This document shows positions 1-10,051 of a stretch of DNA of 64,000 nt, in pieces. The notes beneath the pieces were generated by a model that saw only the letters and a list, made by a program, of their open reading frames with translations, searched no databases and was not told where the DNA came from. The stretch spans positions 32,001 to 96,000 of the forward strand of contig CAXTYC010000009.1 in NCBI GenBank assembly GCA_964248365.1, given 5' to 3'. The stretch's first letter is position 1, and each line of letters opens with the position of its first letter. Source of the DNA: an uncultured Chroococcidiopsis sp. GTDB lineage: Bacteria > Cyanobacteriota > Cyanobacteriia > Cyanobacteriales > Chroococcidiopsidaceae. A program made the translations under genes and the position numbers.

Positions 1-346
1 CTGAACTAAACTCAGTTAAATAAATCGCTGCTAAAATTCCAAACGGAATACTAATTAGCGCTCCAATTCCTACCATAATAAGAGTGCCTAGAATCGCATT
101 ACCAAAGCCTCCACCTGGAACCATCGGCGGTGGTGGTAACTCTTGAAATACGCTCAGATTGATTCGGCTAGCACCTTGAACAATGACATAAAACAGAACT
201 GCCAGTAATGGCAATAAAGCAAGAGCAACACAAGCAAATACTAACCCGTTCATCGCTAGCCCAAATACATTTCGCCTAGATGTGGGCGATCGCTTGAGAC
301 TACTAACCGGTGGAGAAGGATTTTGATTCTGATAGTTCGTTGCCAT
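1..346 (-). CDS. pstA: Phosphate ABC transporter permease PstA (5' part; runs off window)
   Basis: Own translation from ATG at 346: MATNYQ...LALLPLLAVLFYVIVQG...GGGFGNAILGTLIMVGIGALISIPFGILAAIYLTEF; directly downstream of pstC. Confidence 0.92.
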   Translation of the reverse strand, partial: MATNYQNQNPSPPVSSLKRSPTSRRNVFGLAMNGLVFACVALALLPLLAVLFYVIVQGASRINLSVFQELPPPPMVPGGGFGNAILGTLIMVGIGALISIPFGILAAIYLTEFSS

Positions 347-474
347 ATAGAATAATTGGTAATTGGTAATTGGTGAAAGGGGAAAAGGGAAAAGGGAAAA
401 GGTAATTCCGAATGCGCGACTTCCCCCTCTCCCTCTTCCTCTAGCCACTGGTTCCACTAGTTCCACTGGTTCCA

Positions 475-1425
475 CTAGATTCGCTGCATTCTAAACACTA
501 GTAGCTGTGCCAGGATATTTACTATCAACGTGATGCCAAACAGAATTAAAGCGGCGTACATCAAAGCTGCCACTTGCAAGCCACTTGCTTCGGCAAACTG
601 ATTTGCCAGCAGTGAAGGAATTGTATTTCCTGGTGCTAGAAGTGAAGGATTGATATTATTTGAATTGCCAATTACCATTGTCACAGCCATTGTTTCGCCA
701 ATGGCGCGACCAAGTGCCAGCATTACTGCACCGACAATACCAGAGAATGCTGCTGGTACTATCACTTTGATAATAGTTTCCCAGCGTGTCGCACCTAAGC
801 CAAAAGCTGCTTGTCGTAAAGTCGATGGCACGGAAATTAATGCATCACGGGAAATGGCTGTGACTGTGGGCAAAACCATAATTGCCAAGATAACGCCTGC
901 TATCAGCATTGAGCGGTTAGCGGGGGGTGTGCTGAAAATAGGTAGCCAGCCAAAGTAAGCATGGAGTGGTTGAGTTAAGTGTGCTAAAACTGGACCCAAG
1001 ACGAAAATTCCCCACAAGCCATAAACGACGCTGGGAATTGCCGCTAAAAGTTCCACTAAGAAGACAAAGGCAAGTTGAATTTTTGGTGGCAGATAGTCTT
1101 CACTCAGAAATATTGCTACGCCAATTCCTACGGGTACAGCAATTAATAGAGCGATCGCAGAAGATACTACCGTGCCGTAAATCATTGGCAAAGCGCCATA
1201 TTGCTGATTAACTGGGTTCCAAGCGGTAGATACCAAGAACTTAGCACCAAAAGAGGCGATCGCAGGTGATGCCTCAATTGCTACCTCAATCGCAATCCAG
1301 ATTAAAATTCCTGCAACGGCAAGTGCAAATATCCTCGTCAGCCAAATAAATCCCTTATCTACTGCCCTTTCCCAACTCGAACGTGGCTTAATAGCAGTTT
1401 TTCTTTCTCTGGCAGGTGAACTCAT
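475..1425 (-). CDS. pstC: Phosphate ABC transporter permease PstC
   Basis: Motifs ELLAAIPSVVYGLWG, ALGRAIGETMAV, LANQFAEA. Confidence 0.95.
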   Translation of the reverse strand: MSSPARERKTAIKPRSSWERAVDKGFIWLTRIFALAVAGILIWIAIEVAIEASPAIASFGAKFLVSTAWNPVNQQYGALPMIYGTVVSSAIALLIAVPVGIGVAIFLSEDYLPPKIQLAFVFLVELLAAIPSVVYGLWGIFVLGPVLAHLTQPLHAYFGWLPIFSTPPANRSMLIAGVILAIMVLPTVTAISRDALISVPSTLRQAAFGLGATRWETIIKVIVPAAFSGIVGAVMLALGRAIGETMAVTMVIGNSNNINPSLLAPGNTIPSLLANQFAEASGLQVAALMYAALILFGITLIVNILAQLLVFRMQRI

Positions 1426-1552
1426 AACTTATTATGATTAATTATCAGCTTTCTATATTCAAATGAAATAAGTCAAGTGTTAAGCGAAAGCTATTGTAGC
1501 TAAGTTTTATTCGAGCTTTGTATTTGCCTCTTGGTCGAAGGATACAAAATTA

Positions 1553-1571
1553 ACGTAAAGAAAAGGTTAAG
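1553..1571 (-). promoter_or_regulatory. Candidate cyanobacterial Pho box (SphR site)
   Basis: Minus strand CTTAACCT-ttt-CTTTACGT, 11-bp period, ~130 bp upstream of pstC; fits the PyTTAAPyPy(T/A) repeat consensus. Confidence 0.6.
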
Positions 1572-2033
1572 AGAAGTCAAAATATATAAATATATTAAAT
1601 ATTAATCACCTGAAACAACAATAATTTTATGATTGTTTGTTCGTTTCTTTAGAAAACTATTGTAATGGTAAAATTTCATCACGCCCTTTTTTGGGACTAA
1701 CGAGGCTAATTGTACCTCCAAGATAGCCTCTAACAAGTGATTAGTCACTACGGTTGAGTAGCCTAGATAGTTTGTCTTTTGTCTTTTGCCCTAGCCCTAG
1801 CAGGATCAATAGCGCCTATATCCAAAACCAATCACAAATGACTTACAGGCAATAGACTTCTTGCTTCTTCGGGTAAAGGGTAAAGGAGTCAGTAGTTTTG
1901 TAGTTTTGTAGTTTTGTAGTTCTCCCCCTCTCCCACTCTCCCTCTTCCCTACTCCCTACTCCCTCATACCTCTTTGGTAACACAAATAACTTTGCCGAAG
2001 ACCGCCCCTACAAACTCAAAAATTCTTTAAACG

Positions 2034-2615
2034 GTGACTGCTCCCAATCAATTATTATGGTCTCTGATTGGCTTACTCCTTACCATTGGTGGCACTTTTC
2101 TGGAAGCATCTGTCACCAATATGCCTACAAGTTGGAGTGAGCATGGAGTTCAGACTATACCTTTGGGCGTTACTTACCAGATTGGTGCTGTGCTGCTGGT
2201 AGGTTGTCTAGGGGGAAAAAATGCAGGGGCGCTATCCCAAATAGCGTATCTGATTCTTGGCTTAACCTTCTTGCCTATTTTTGCTCAAGGTGGTGGCATC
2301 AGCTATTTTAAGCAGCCACAATTTGGCTATTTATTAGGTTTTGTTCCTGGGGCATGGATTTGTGGCTACCTAGCATTTCAAGTGCCTCGTAAATTAGAGT
2401 ATCTTGCTTTTAGTTGTGTTTGTGGTTTGCTGACAATTCACGTTGTTGGTCTAGGCATTCTTGTGCTAAGCCAAGTTTTTCCCTGGACTAGCCCAGCCAC
2501 ACCCTTGCTACAAACTGCCCTCAAGTATTCCTTTTATCCCCTACCTGCACAACTAGCGGTAGTATGTGCTGTCACAGTATTAGCCTATGCCTGGAGACTG
2601 CTAATGTTTTATTAG
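2034..2615 (+). CDS. bioY: Biotin transporter BioY
   Basis: Hydrophobic; YLILGLTFLPIFAQGGG...FGYLLGF motif; adjacent to lspA. Confidence 0.9.
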   Translation: MTAPNQLLWSLIGLLLTIGGTFLEASVTNMPTSWSEHGVQTIPLGVTYQIGAVLLVGCLGGKNAGALSQIAYLILGLTFLPIFAQGGGISYFKQPQFGYLLGFVPGAWICGYLAFQVPRKLEYLAFSCVCGLLTIHVVGLGILVLSQVFPWTSPATPLLQTALKYSFYPLPAQLAVVCAVTVLAYAWRLLMFY

Positions 2616-2779
2616 TCAATTAGCGGTTAGCTTTTAGCTTTTAGCTTTTAGCTAGTAGTAATACAATTGACACGCTCTCGGATTAAGAATACCAAAAAGT
2701 TAGAAACTATGGCTGGGCGCGAGCAGCGCACTAGCTAACAGCGTTCTCGCAACAGCTAATCGCTAATTGATAATTGATT

Positions 2780-3250
2780 ATGCGTTTGAAAAATCGTCGG
2801 TTTTGGATTGCTGCGTTTATTAGTTTTGTTTTAGACCAATTAACTAAACATTGGGTAGTACAAAACTTTAGCTTAGGAGAGACACGCCCTATATGGGCTG
2901 AAGTATTTCACCTTACATATGTCGCCAATACTGGTGCAGCTTTTAGTTTGTTTACTGGTAAGGCAGAGTGGTTACGCTGGCTGTCTTTAACAGTGAGTTT
3001 ATTGCTTATGGCATGGGCGTGGTTTGGTCCAGTGATGAATATTCTGGAACAGTTAGGCTATGGTCTAATTTTAGGAGGAGCATTAGGCAACGGTATTGAT
3101 CGATTTTTTGCTGGTAAAGTTGTCGATTTTTTGGACTTTCGGCTTATTCGTTTTCCCATCTTTAATTTTGCAGATGTATTTATTAATTTAGGGATTATCT
3201 GCTTGCTAATTGCTAGTTTCCCAAAAGCAGCATCAAATGATAGAAGATGA
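2780..3250 (+). CDS. lspA: Lipoprotein signal peptidase II
   Basis: DQLTK, NTGAAFS, GALGNGIDR, VVDF, FNFAD motifs; ATG at 2780. Confidence 0.96.
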   Translation: MRLKNRRFWIAAFISFVLDQLTKHWVVQNFSLGETRPIWAEVFHLTYVANTGAAFSLFTGKAEWLRWLSLTVSLLLMAWAWFGPVMNILEQLGYGLILGGALGNGIDRFFAGKVVDFLDFRLIRFPIFNFADVFINLGIICLLIASFPKAASNDRR

Positions 3251-3353
3251 ATCGTACTAGGAAAAATCCCCCACTATAGCCAAGTTCGGTTAGCGAGGGA
3301 AAAAGGGGATTATTTTTTACCTAACGAGCTGTTAAATGCCCTGAATGATTTAA

Positions 3354-4115
3354 TTATTGGCTCATACCAGGTGATGCTGGAGAACCTGTAGATGGGCTAG
3401 TTGTGCTACCTGGGCTAGTGGAACTACCAGGAGTTGTGGTTGGATCAGTTGTGCTGCCTGGGGCTGTGGGAGTGCTTGGCGTAGCGGTTGGATCAGTTGT
3501 GCTACCTGGGCTAGTAGAACTACCAGGCGTAGTGCTTGGATCAGTCATGCGGCCTGGGGCTGTGGGAGTGCCTGGCATTGAGCTGGGTGCACTCATACTG
3601 CCTGGTGTACTGCCATCTGGAGACGGGGCAGGCTGTGTGCTGTCTGGAGCGCCACTAGGAGGGCTGGTTTCGTCGGTGCTGTTTGGACCTGGAACGGTTG
3701 TAGAGCCGTCCTGTCGCTGCGGAGATGTTGGAGATGTATCAATGCTACCACCCCCCGTGCTGCCTGCTGGCGGTGGCGTTGTTTCTGTGCTACCACCCCC
3801 CGTGCTGCCTGCTGGCGGTGGCGTTGTTTCTGCGCCACCAGGAGGAGTGCTACCACCTCCCGTGCTGCCACCCCCCGTGCTGCCTTCTGATGGTGGTGCG
3901 CCTGGAGTAGCAGCTGCACCTGTTAAAGGTATGCCATTAGGACAGCGAGAATTCTGCGGGAATCGCTCACATAAAACCTTCTTTCCTGCTTCTGATAGCT
4001 TGATATCCGCAGCTGTTTTGCTCTCCCCACTGGGTTTTTCTTGGGCAAAAACAGCGTTGCTAGTCAATACCAGCGCAAAGGCTGTGCCTAATAGTGTTAA
4101 ATATTTCGCTTTCAT
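3354..4115 (-). CDS. Secreted hypothetical protein with Cys-pair motif and Pro/Ser/Thr/Gly-rich repetitive tail
   Basis: GAGG/GGGA-type RBS before ATG 4115; signal peptide MKAKYLTLLGTAFALVLTSNAVFA; LCERFPQNSRC; repeats ETTPPPAGSTGGGS and TTPGSSTSPGSTT. Confidence 0.8.
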   Translation of the reverse strand: MKAKYLTLLGTAFALVLTSNAVFAQEKPSGESKTAADIKLSEAGKKVLCERFPQNSRCPNGIPLTGAAATPGAPPSEGSTGGGSTGGGSTPPGGAETTPPPAGSTGGGSTETTPPPAGSTGGGSIDTSPTSPQRQDGSTTVPGPNSTDETSPPSGAPDSTQPAPSPDGSTPGSMSAPSSMPGTPTAPGRMTDPSTTPGSSTSPGSTTDPTATPSTPTAPGSTTDPTTTPGSSTSPGSTTSPSTGSPASPGMSQ

Positions 4116-4496
4116 CCCACTCACACCTCGCTCAAAATATATGCGCCCATTAAAACAAAAGAAAGGCACTTAGAAATCTACCATAAGATAGACGTATTTT
4201 TTTAATTTTTATAATGGAAAATCCTAAGAAAGTAGTAGATTGCACAAAAACCGAGCAGAAGGGGAAAGGGGAAAGGGTAAAGGGTAAAGGGAAAGGGGAA
4301 AGGTAATTCGTAATTTCTCCCCTGCACCTGAAGCCCCTCTGCCAAATTGCCCCTCTCCCCTTGTTCGGTCAAAGGTCAAATTTTGAACAGACAGCATCTA
4401 CTTGAGCTAACAAGTAAAATGGTTCCAGATCAAAAAGCAGAATGTCCAAATAATTTTGCCTGATCAATTTTTTTAGCACTGGTGCCTGAATAGACC

Positions 4497-6761
4497 ATGA
4501 GTTCCCAGCCGCCTCGAAAACCCCAAACTTTGCTCGGTCAAGTGACCCAGGTAGTAAAAACAATTCAAGCCAAGGTGCATATACCAGGGCTGGCGCTCAA
4601 GCCAAATGCAAAAGTGCCGGAACTTTGGGTACAAGATGCAGGGGCGGATAAAGCTCAGGTCTATCCGTTACTTGGCGATCGCTATTTAATCGGTCGCAGT
4701 TCTAAATCTTGCGATATTGTCATCCGTAACCCTGTCGTTAGTCAAATTCACCTGTCCCTATCCAGGGATACTAGCCGCAGGCGATCGCCTTTTGTTCTCA
4801 AAGATGAAAACTCTACCAATGGCATCTATTGGGGTAAGCGCCGCATTGATAAGATAGAACTAACTCACGGTGATGTTTTGACACTGGGACCACCAGAACT
4901 TGCAGCTGCCGTTCGCGTAAAATATTACGATCCACCATCTAAGTATGTTAAAGCTGCTACCTGGGCAGGATACGGGCTTGGGGGAGTTAGCGCCCTGTTA
5001 GCATTAAGCATTGGTCTTGAGTGGACGAAATTCTCAGTAAAGCCCTTACCTGCTTCCACATCTGGACCTGTGATTGTTTACGCCCGTGACGGAGTAACCC
5101 TGTTACGTAAGCCCCGCAGTACAGCGCACGTTGATATGAAGCGGTTAGCAGATTATCCCCGCTATTTACCCGATGCTGTACTTGCTTCAGAAGATAGCCG
5201 CTTTTACTGGCACTTTGGAGTTGATCCGATTGGGATTTTACGAGCTATATTCGTTAATTTTCGCGGGCGTGAGTACGAGCAAGGAGCTAGTACCGTCACA
5301 CAACAAGTTGCTCGAAGTTTGTTTCGAGACTATGTAGGTACACAGGAGAATTTAGGGCGCAAATTACGAGAAGCAACCGTTGCTCTGAAGCTAGAAACGT
5401 TCTATAGCAAGGACTTTTTGTTACTAACTTACCTAAATCGTGTTTACCTGGGGGCAGATACTTACGGTTTTGAAGATGCCTCGCGGTATTACTTTGATAA
5501 GTCAGCTAAAGATTTAACTCTCTCCGAAGCTGCGACTTTGGTAGGAATTTTACCAGCTCCTAACGGGTTCAATTTCTGTGGAGATGTTCACAGTAGCCAA
5601 CGAGCGATTGAATATCGTAACCGCGTGATTAGTAGGATGCTGGCTCAAGGCAAGATTAAACCAGAAGAGGCTAACCGAGCAAGGCGATCGCAAATTCAAG
5701 TCAGTCGCCGAGTTTGTCAAGAGCAAGCCAATACGATCGCCCCCTACTTCTATAGCTACATCTTTCGGGAATTGGGGGCGATTTTGGGCAAAGATTTGGC
5801 TACAGAAGGCAACTATATCATCGAAACCCAGCTAGACCCACAAATCCAGGCAAAAGCAGAAAAAGAATTGCAAAACTCTGTCAGCTCTTCTGGTAGAACT
5901 TATCGCTTTTCCCAAGGCGCAGTCGTTACCCTTGATGCTAGTACGGGGGGAGTTATCGCCTTGACAGGTGGAACTGACTACCTTACAAGTCAGTTCAACC
6001 GTGCTACCCAAGCACAGCGACAACCAGGTTCTACGTTTAAACTTTTTACTTATACTGCTGCAATTGACCGAGGTATTTCACCTGGAAAGATTTATTCCTG
6101 TGCGCCTGTGAGTTGGCAAGGTCAAAGGTTTCGGGGTTGTGAAAGATCCAGTGGTAGTGTGGATATGGCGACTGGTTTGGCGCTGTCTGAGAATGCGATC
6201 GCTTTGCGAGTAGCTCAAGATGTGGGGCTAGATAGTGTCGTCCAGATGGCGAGGAAACTGGGAATACAATCTCCGCTTAATCCTGTACCAGGGTTAGTAT
6301 TAGGTCAAAGTGAAACCAATTTATTAGAGATGACGGGGGCTTATGCAGCCATCTCTAATGGTGGGGTGTGGAACCGTCCCCATTTAATTAGCCGCATTTT
6401 GGATAGTAGTGATTGTAGCGATCGCCAGAACCTAAAAACCTGCCGTGTGATCTACTCCTACGACAAAAGTGCAGCGGCTGGAGTGCGGGTATTGCGATCT
6501 GAGGTAGCAGACCAGTTGACAAATATGCTTCGTGGTGTTATAGAACGTGGAACTGGACGTAGTGCGGCGATCGGTATGGGGGAAGCTGGGAAAACTGGAA
6601 CGACAAACGACAATAAAGATTTGTGGTTTATTGGCTTTATTCCCAGTCGGCAAATTGTAACTGGCGTTTGGCTAGGAAACGATAATAGTACGCCTACCTC
6701 TACCAGTAGCGGTCAAGCCGCCCAGTTATGGGGAAATTATATGCGTCGGGTTGTGGAGTAG
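4497..6761 (+). CDS. FHA-domain class A penicillin-binding protein (transglycosylase + transpeptidase)
   Basis: FHA motifs IGRS, VSQIH, STNG; GT51 motifs EDSRF, GASTVTQQ, RKLRE; SxxK (STFK), SEN, KTG. Confidence 0.92.
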   Translation: MSSQPPRKPQTLLGQVTQVVKTIQAKVHIPGLALKPNAKVPELWVQDAGADKAQVYPLLGDRYLIGRSSKSCDIVIRNPVVSQIHLSLSRDTSRRRSPFVLKDENSTNGIYWGKRRIDKIELTHGDVLTLGPPELAAAVRVKYYDPPSKYVKAATWAGYGLGGVSALLALSIGLEWTKFSVKPLPASTSGPVIVYARDGVTLLRKPRSTAHVDMKRLADYPRYLPDAVLASEDSRFYWHFGVDPIGILRAIFVNFRGREYEQGASTVTQQVARSLFRDYVGTQENLGRKLREATVALKLETFYSKDFLLLTYLNRVYLGADTYGFEDASRYYFDKSAKDLTLSEAATLVGILPAPNGFNFCGDVHSSQRAIEYRNRVISRMLAQGKIKPEEANRARRSQIQVSRRVCQEQANTIAPYFYSYIFRELGAILGKDLATEGNYIIETQLDPQIQAKAEKELQNSVSSSGRTYRFSQGAVVTLDASTGGVIALTGGTDYLTSQFNRATQAQRQPGSTFKLFTYTAAIDRGISPGKIYSCAPVSWQGQRFRGCERSSGSVDMATGLALSENAIALRVAQDVGLDSVVQMARKLGIQSPLNPVPGLVLGQSETNLLEMTGAYAAISNGGVWNRPHLISRILDSSDCSDRQNLKTCRVIYSYDKSAAAGVRVLRSEVADQLTNMLRGVIERGTGRSAAIGMGEAGKTGTTNDNKDLWFIGFIPSRQIVTGVWLGNDNSTPTSTSSGQAAQLWGNYMRRVVE

Positions 6762-6878
6762 GCTAGGGACTAGGGGCGCGCGTGAGGATGACCCGATGGG
6801 ATGGTGAGGTGATAGGGGGGATTTCTCCCCATCTCCCCCTCTCCCTCGCCCCACTGCAAATTAAGTTGCAAGGAGCAG

Positions 6879-7094
6879 CTATTCACTTTTAGCTTGTTCC
6901 GACAAGTCACTCACTTGTTTGATTGATGCTTCAACTTTTGCCCATCCCGTCTCGTCTAAATCGGGTGGGACAATGATGACATTCGGGTTATCTTTAAAAG
7001 TTCTCCGAAAAGCCTCCCAAGCTTCTTTATCTTCTCGGTGTGCTAAGACATAAGCTCGCAACTGAGCATGATTCATAGAGTCGAATTTACTCAT
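6879..7094 (-). CDS. DUF6887-like small protein
   Basis: FDSMNHAQLRAYVLAHREDKEAW resembles the cyanobacterial DUF6887 pattern; ATG overlaps the stop of the upstream small ORF. Confidence 0.75.
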   Translation of the reverse strand: MSKFDSMNHAQLRAYVLAHREDKEAWEAFRRTFKDNPNVIIVPPDLDETGWAKVEASIKQVSDLSEQAKSE

Positions 7095-7266
7095 TTTCAA
7101 AACTCCAGTTTCCGCTAGGAGGAATTACTATGACAAAGATTTCACCCGCCAAAATGGTCAAATCTTTGTATTTAGCATCGTAGCGAAATAAATGAATGTC
7201 CACGTAGCAGTTAGACAACCACTGACAAACTCGGATAGCAGCAAATGCTTGGTCGATGGTAGGAAT
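7087..7266 (-). CDS. DUF6888-like small protein (59 aa, probable ATT start; not in ORF track)
   Basis: Own translation (M)PTIDQAFAAIRVCQWLSNCYVDIHLFRYDAKYKDLTILAGEIFVIVIPPSGNWSFENE*; AAGGGGA RBS upstream; overlaps next gene via AATGAGTAA. Confidence 0.72.
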   Translation of the reverse strand: MPTIDQAFAAIRVCQWLSNCYVDIHLFRYDAKYKDLTILAGEIFVIVIPPSGNWSFENE

Positions 7267-7364
7267 AGCTTTTCCCCTTGGTATGAGTTATTATCGAGCG
7301 ATCGCCCGATGGAGAGAGCGTCACTAGCTTGCGTTGGGCAGGTTTGTGCTTTGGTTGTGGATTT

Positions 7365-8342
7365 TCACTTCTTCGCTTCCCAAGGCTGGACTTGCAGCTG
7401 ACCATTATTGCCGAATACAACTCTAAACTGAGCCAATGGTTCTGGAGCCGTAGTAGTATTAGTAGCTGGTTTGGAAAGTAAATTTGGTAGGGGAGTTTGT
7501 CCAGATTGAGCGTTTGCTGCATCATTGAGTGCAACATAACCCTTGATTGCTCCATCTTTAGCCACGCCTACGCGGTAGATTAAATCTTGTTTTACCGCAG
7601 ATTTTGTTTTCCAAGCTTGATTTAGCTGATCGTAAAGTTTTTGATTTAAAGCGAATAGCTGGGAAGGATCGATAATTGCTGGTGCTTCCGCCAAACTTGT
7701 TGATTGAGCAGAATTAGATCTTGGTTGGGTTTGTGGGGGGCGCTGGGCTTCGGGAATTGGCGCTAAGAAAAGAGCGATCGCCGCTAATGCCAAGCTTGAT
7801 GCTCCCACTGTAGCAGGTACTGCCTGTTTTACCAATTGTTGCCCAGAACGAGTAAAGCGCTTGGAAACCGGACTCAGTTGGAGTGATAGATCTGGTAAAG
7901 TTTGGCTATCAGCAAAAAACTGATCCACCGCCTCGACTAAATCAAATAACTGCACTGTTGTCAAGTCAATCTCAGTCGGAGCTAGTGCCGCTCCCGTATT
8001 AACATCTGAGTGTTCTTGTTTTTCTGGCTGGACGGTTAATCGATGCCGATTGGCATCAATTTTATGCAATTGCACTAATCCTTGTTCGTTATTGTGTGCC
8101 TCTTGGTGAGGAACATGACTTAAGAATTCTTGAGCATAACCACTAACTGCCCCAACTAAACTTTCAAAAAAGTCCCGTCCCCCGCTTACAGGTTGCTTAG
8201 AATTAGGTAATTGACACTCTGCACTTACCAAAATCGACATTACAGGGCGCACATCTTGCAACTGGGAACCACTTATGCTTTCACTCAAACCCTCTAAGAT
8301 TAGAGTGCAATTTGGCAGCATATACTTGCGTTGGATGGTCAT
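7365..8342 (-). CDS. DUF4335 domain protein
   Basis: RKYMLPNCTLILEG and LTTVQLFDLVEAVDQF motifs; coupled to DUF3038 gene. Confidence 0.85.
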   Translation of the reverse strand: MTIQRKYMLPNCTLILEGLSESISGSQLQDVRPVMSILVSAECQLPNSKQPVSGGRDFFESLVGAVSGYAQEFLSHVPHQEAHNNEQGLVQLHKIDANRHRLTVQPEKQEHSDVNTGAALAPTEIDLTTVQLFDLVEAVDQFFADSQTLPDLSLQLSPVSKRFTRSGQQLVKQAVPATVGASSLALAAIALFLAPIPEAQRPPQTQPRSNSAQSTSLAEAPAIIDPSQLFALNQKLYDQLNQAWKTKSAVKQDLIYRVGVAKDGAIKGYVALNDAANAQSGQTPLPNLLSKPATNTTTAPEPLAQFRVVFGNNGQLQVQPWEAKK

Positions 8343-8965
8343 TCTACTTCACCATCAAATAAACTAATCCAGAACCGCTGCATTCCCGCCGTGCCTGTAC
8401 AAAACAGTAACTGTGCCAACAGACTAAGAGCCAATTCATCCAACTTTTCGGGGGAATTGTAAATAAGCACACCAGAACGTCGCGGATTCATACGGCTTTT
8501 GAAATGCGCTCGGAAGCGTTCTAGATAATTAGATAGAGCTAAATTCTGTTCTAGAGGAATTTGCTTTTCACTCATTTGTTGATATGTCAGTAGCAATTGC
8601 CTAATGCGGACTGTTAACCGTCGCGCTAAAAAACAGGCAATTACTACCAGTGCTTTTGCTTCCACGAGAGTTAAAGGACGACGGGTATGGGATCGCCGCA
8701 GCGGATTAGTAGTGCGTATTCGCCACAAATTCACCCGATTTTTAATTATCTCCCCAAGTTCCAGTTCCTGCGCTACCGCCAAAATTAATTCTGAACCCCC
8801 AAGTTCTAGGGCTTCGATTGCTAGTAAAATCAGGTCAATTTGCAACCTAGCTCGACGCGGACAAGCCCGTTCTTCAACGGGCGGGTTAGGTAAATTGTCC
8901 AGAATCACTGGTTGTGACCCAACGGCTGAATTGTCTAACGGTATTACGCTCACAGAGGCACTCAT
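8339..8965 (-). CDS. DUF3038 domain protein
   Basis: DLILLAIEAL, NRVNLWRIRTTNPLRR, LLFCTGTAGMQRFW. Confidence 0.85.
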   Translation of the reverse strand: MSASVSVIPLDNSAVGSQPVILDNLPNPPVEERACPRRARLQIDLILLAIEALELGGSELILAVAQELELGEIIKNRVNLWRIRTTNPLRRSHTRRPLTLVEAKALVVIACFLARRLTVRIRQLLLTYQQMSEKQIPLEQNLALSNYLERFRAHFKSRMNPRRSGVLIYNSPEKLDELALSLLAQLLFCTGTAGMQRFWISLFDGEVE

Positions 8966-9457
8966 TTTAACAAGCTCGGCGGACGACGAGGAATTTGGCA
9001 AAGTAAACTTTTACTAGATTGGCAAACTAGAACACTAAATGTCTACATCTAGGATAAGAGAGCAGGGGGGCAGGGGGGCAGGGGGGCAGAATTGTTAATT
9101 TATACTTTTTGCTTTCCCTTTTCCCTTTCTCTGGTTCCATTGGTTCCACCAGCTTTCATCGCCACTTTCCTTTACCCTTTACCGCAATACCTCTTTACCC
9201 TTTACCCTTTCTTAATAATTCTCTATCAAAATTACCCAGGGTGTGTAATGATTCAAAACAATTGGGATTTCTAGTGTACGATTTTTCAGGCAAGTCTAGT
9301 TTGCCCTGCAACCAGTTGTCATATAAGTAGGTGGACATAATTAAATGTAAGATGCGCTCAAGAGCGAAAACATGGCAGTAAAAGTTTTTCTCCTTTTCCC
9401 TTTTACCTCTTCCCTTTTCCCTTCTACTTACACACAGTCATTCTTGTTCACAGCCTT

Positions 9458-9976
9458 ATGGATTTGAAGTCCCTAATTCGTGATGTCCCTGACTTTCCCA
9501 AATTGGGAATTATGTTCCGAGACATTACCACCCTCTTGCGTGATCCGGCTGGGCTGCGCTACACCATTGATTGTCTAGCCGAAAAGTTGGATGCGGCAGG
9601 ACTAAATGCAGAATGTATTGTAGGGATGGAGTCGCGGGGCTTCATTATTGGCGCACCTTTGGCTTACAAGTTAGGACTAGGGTTTATTCCTGTGCGTAAA
9701 TCAGGCAAGTTGCCCTCCTTAGTTCACGCGGTCGAGTATGAACTAGAGTACGGCATGGATCGGCTAGAAGTACATCAGGATGCTTTGCAGCCTGGAACTA
9801 AGGTCTTGATTGTAGATGACTTAATTGCCACAGGTGGAACAGCTAGCGCGACAGCGAAATTGGTGCAGCAGATTGGCTGCAAATTAGTAGGTTTTGGGTT
9901 TGTGATCGAGCTACTGGATTTGCAAGGGCGTAAAAACCTGCCAAACGTGCCAATTGTAACTTTAGTAGAATATTAG
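9458..9976 (+). CDS. apt: Adenine phosphoribosyltransferase
   Basis: [28 protein letters not shown]-binding motif. Confidence 0.97.
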   Translation: MDLKSLIRDVPDFPKLGIMFRDITTLLRDPAGLRYTIDCLAEKLDAAGLNAECIVGMESRGFIIGAPLAYKLGLGFIPVRKSGKLPSLVHAVEYELEYGMDRLEVHQDALQPGTKVLIVDDLIATGGTASATAKLVQQIGCKLVGFGFVIELLDLQGRKNLPNVPIVTLVEY

Positions 9977-10051
9977 CTACTAACAATGAACAATGAACAA
10001 TAAACAATTAACAATAAACAATTGATAATTGGTAATTGATAATTGATAATT

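Noticed and set aside
2660..2700. IS200/IS605 end remnant (CAATTGACACGCTC)
   Set aside because: Too short and no complete subterminal hairpin or linked gene
3403..4173. 256-aa plus-strand ORF
   Set aside because: Antisense shadow of the repetitive secreted protein, which has the signal peptide and RBS
4497..6761. FHA-PBP fusion as a novelty
   Set aside because: This architecture is already familiar in cyanobacteria
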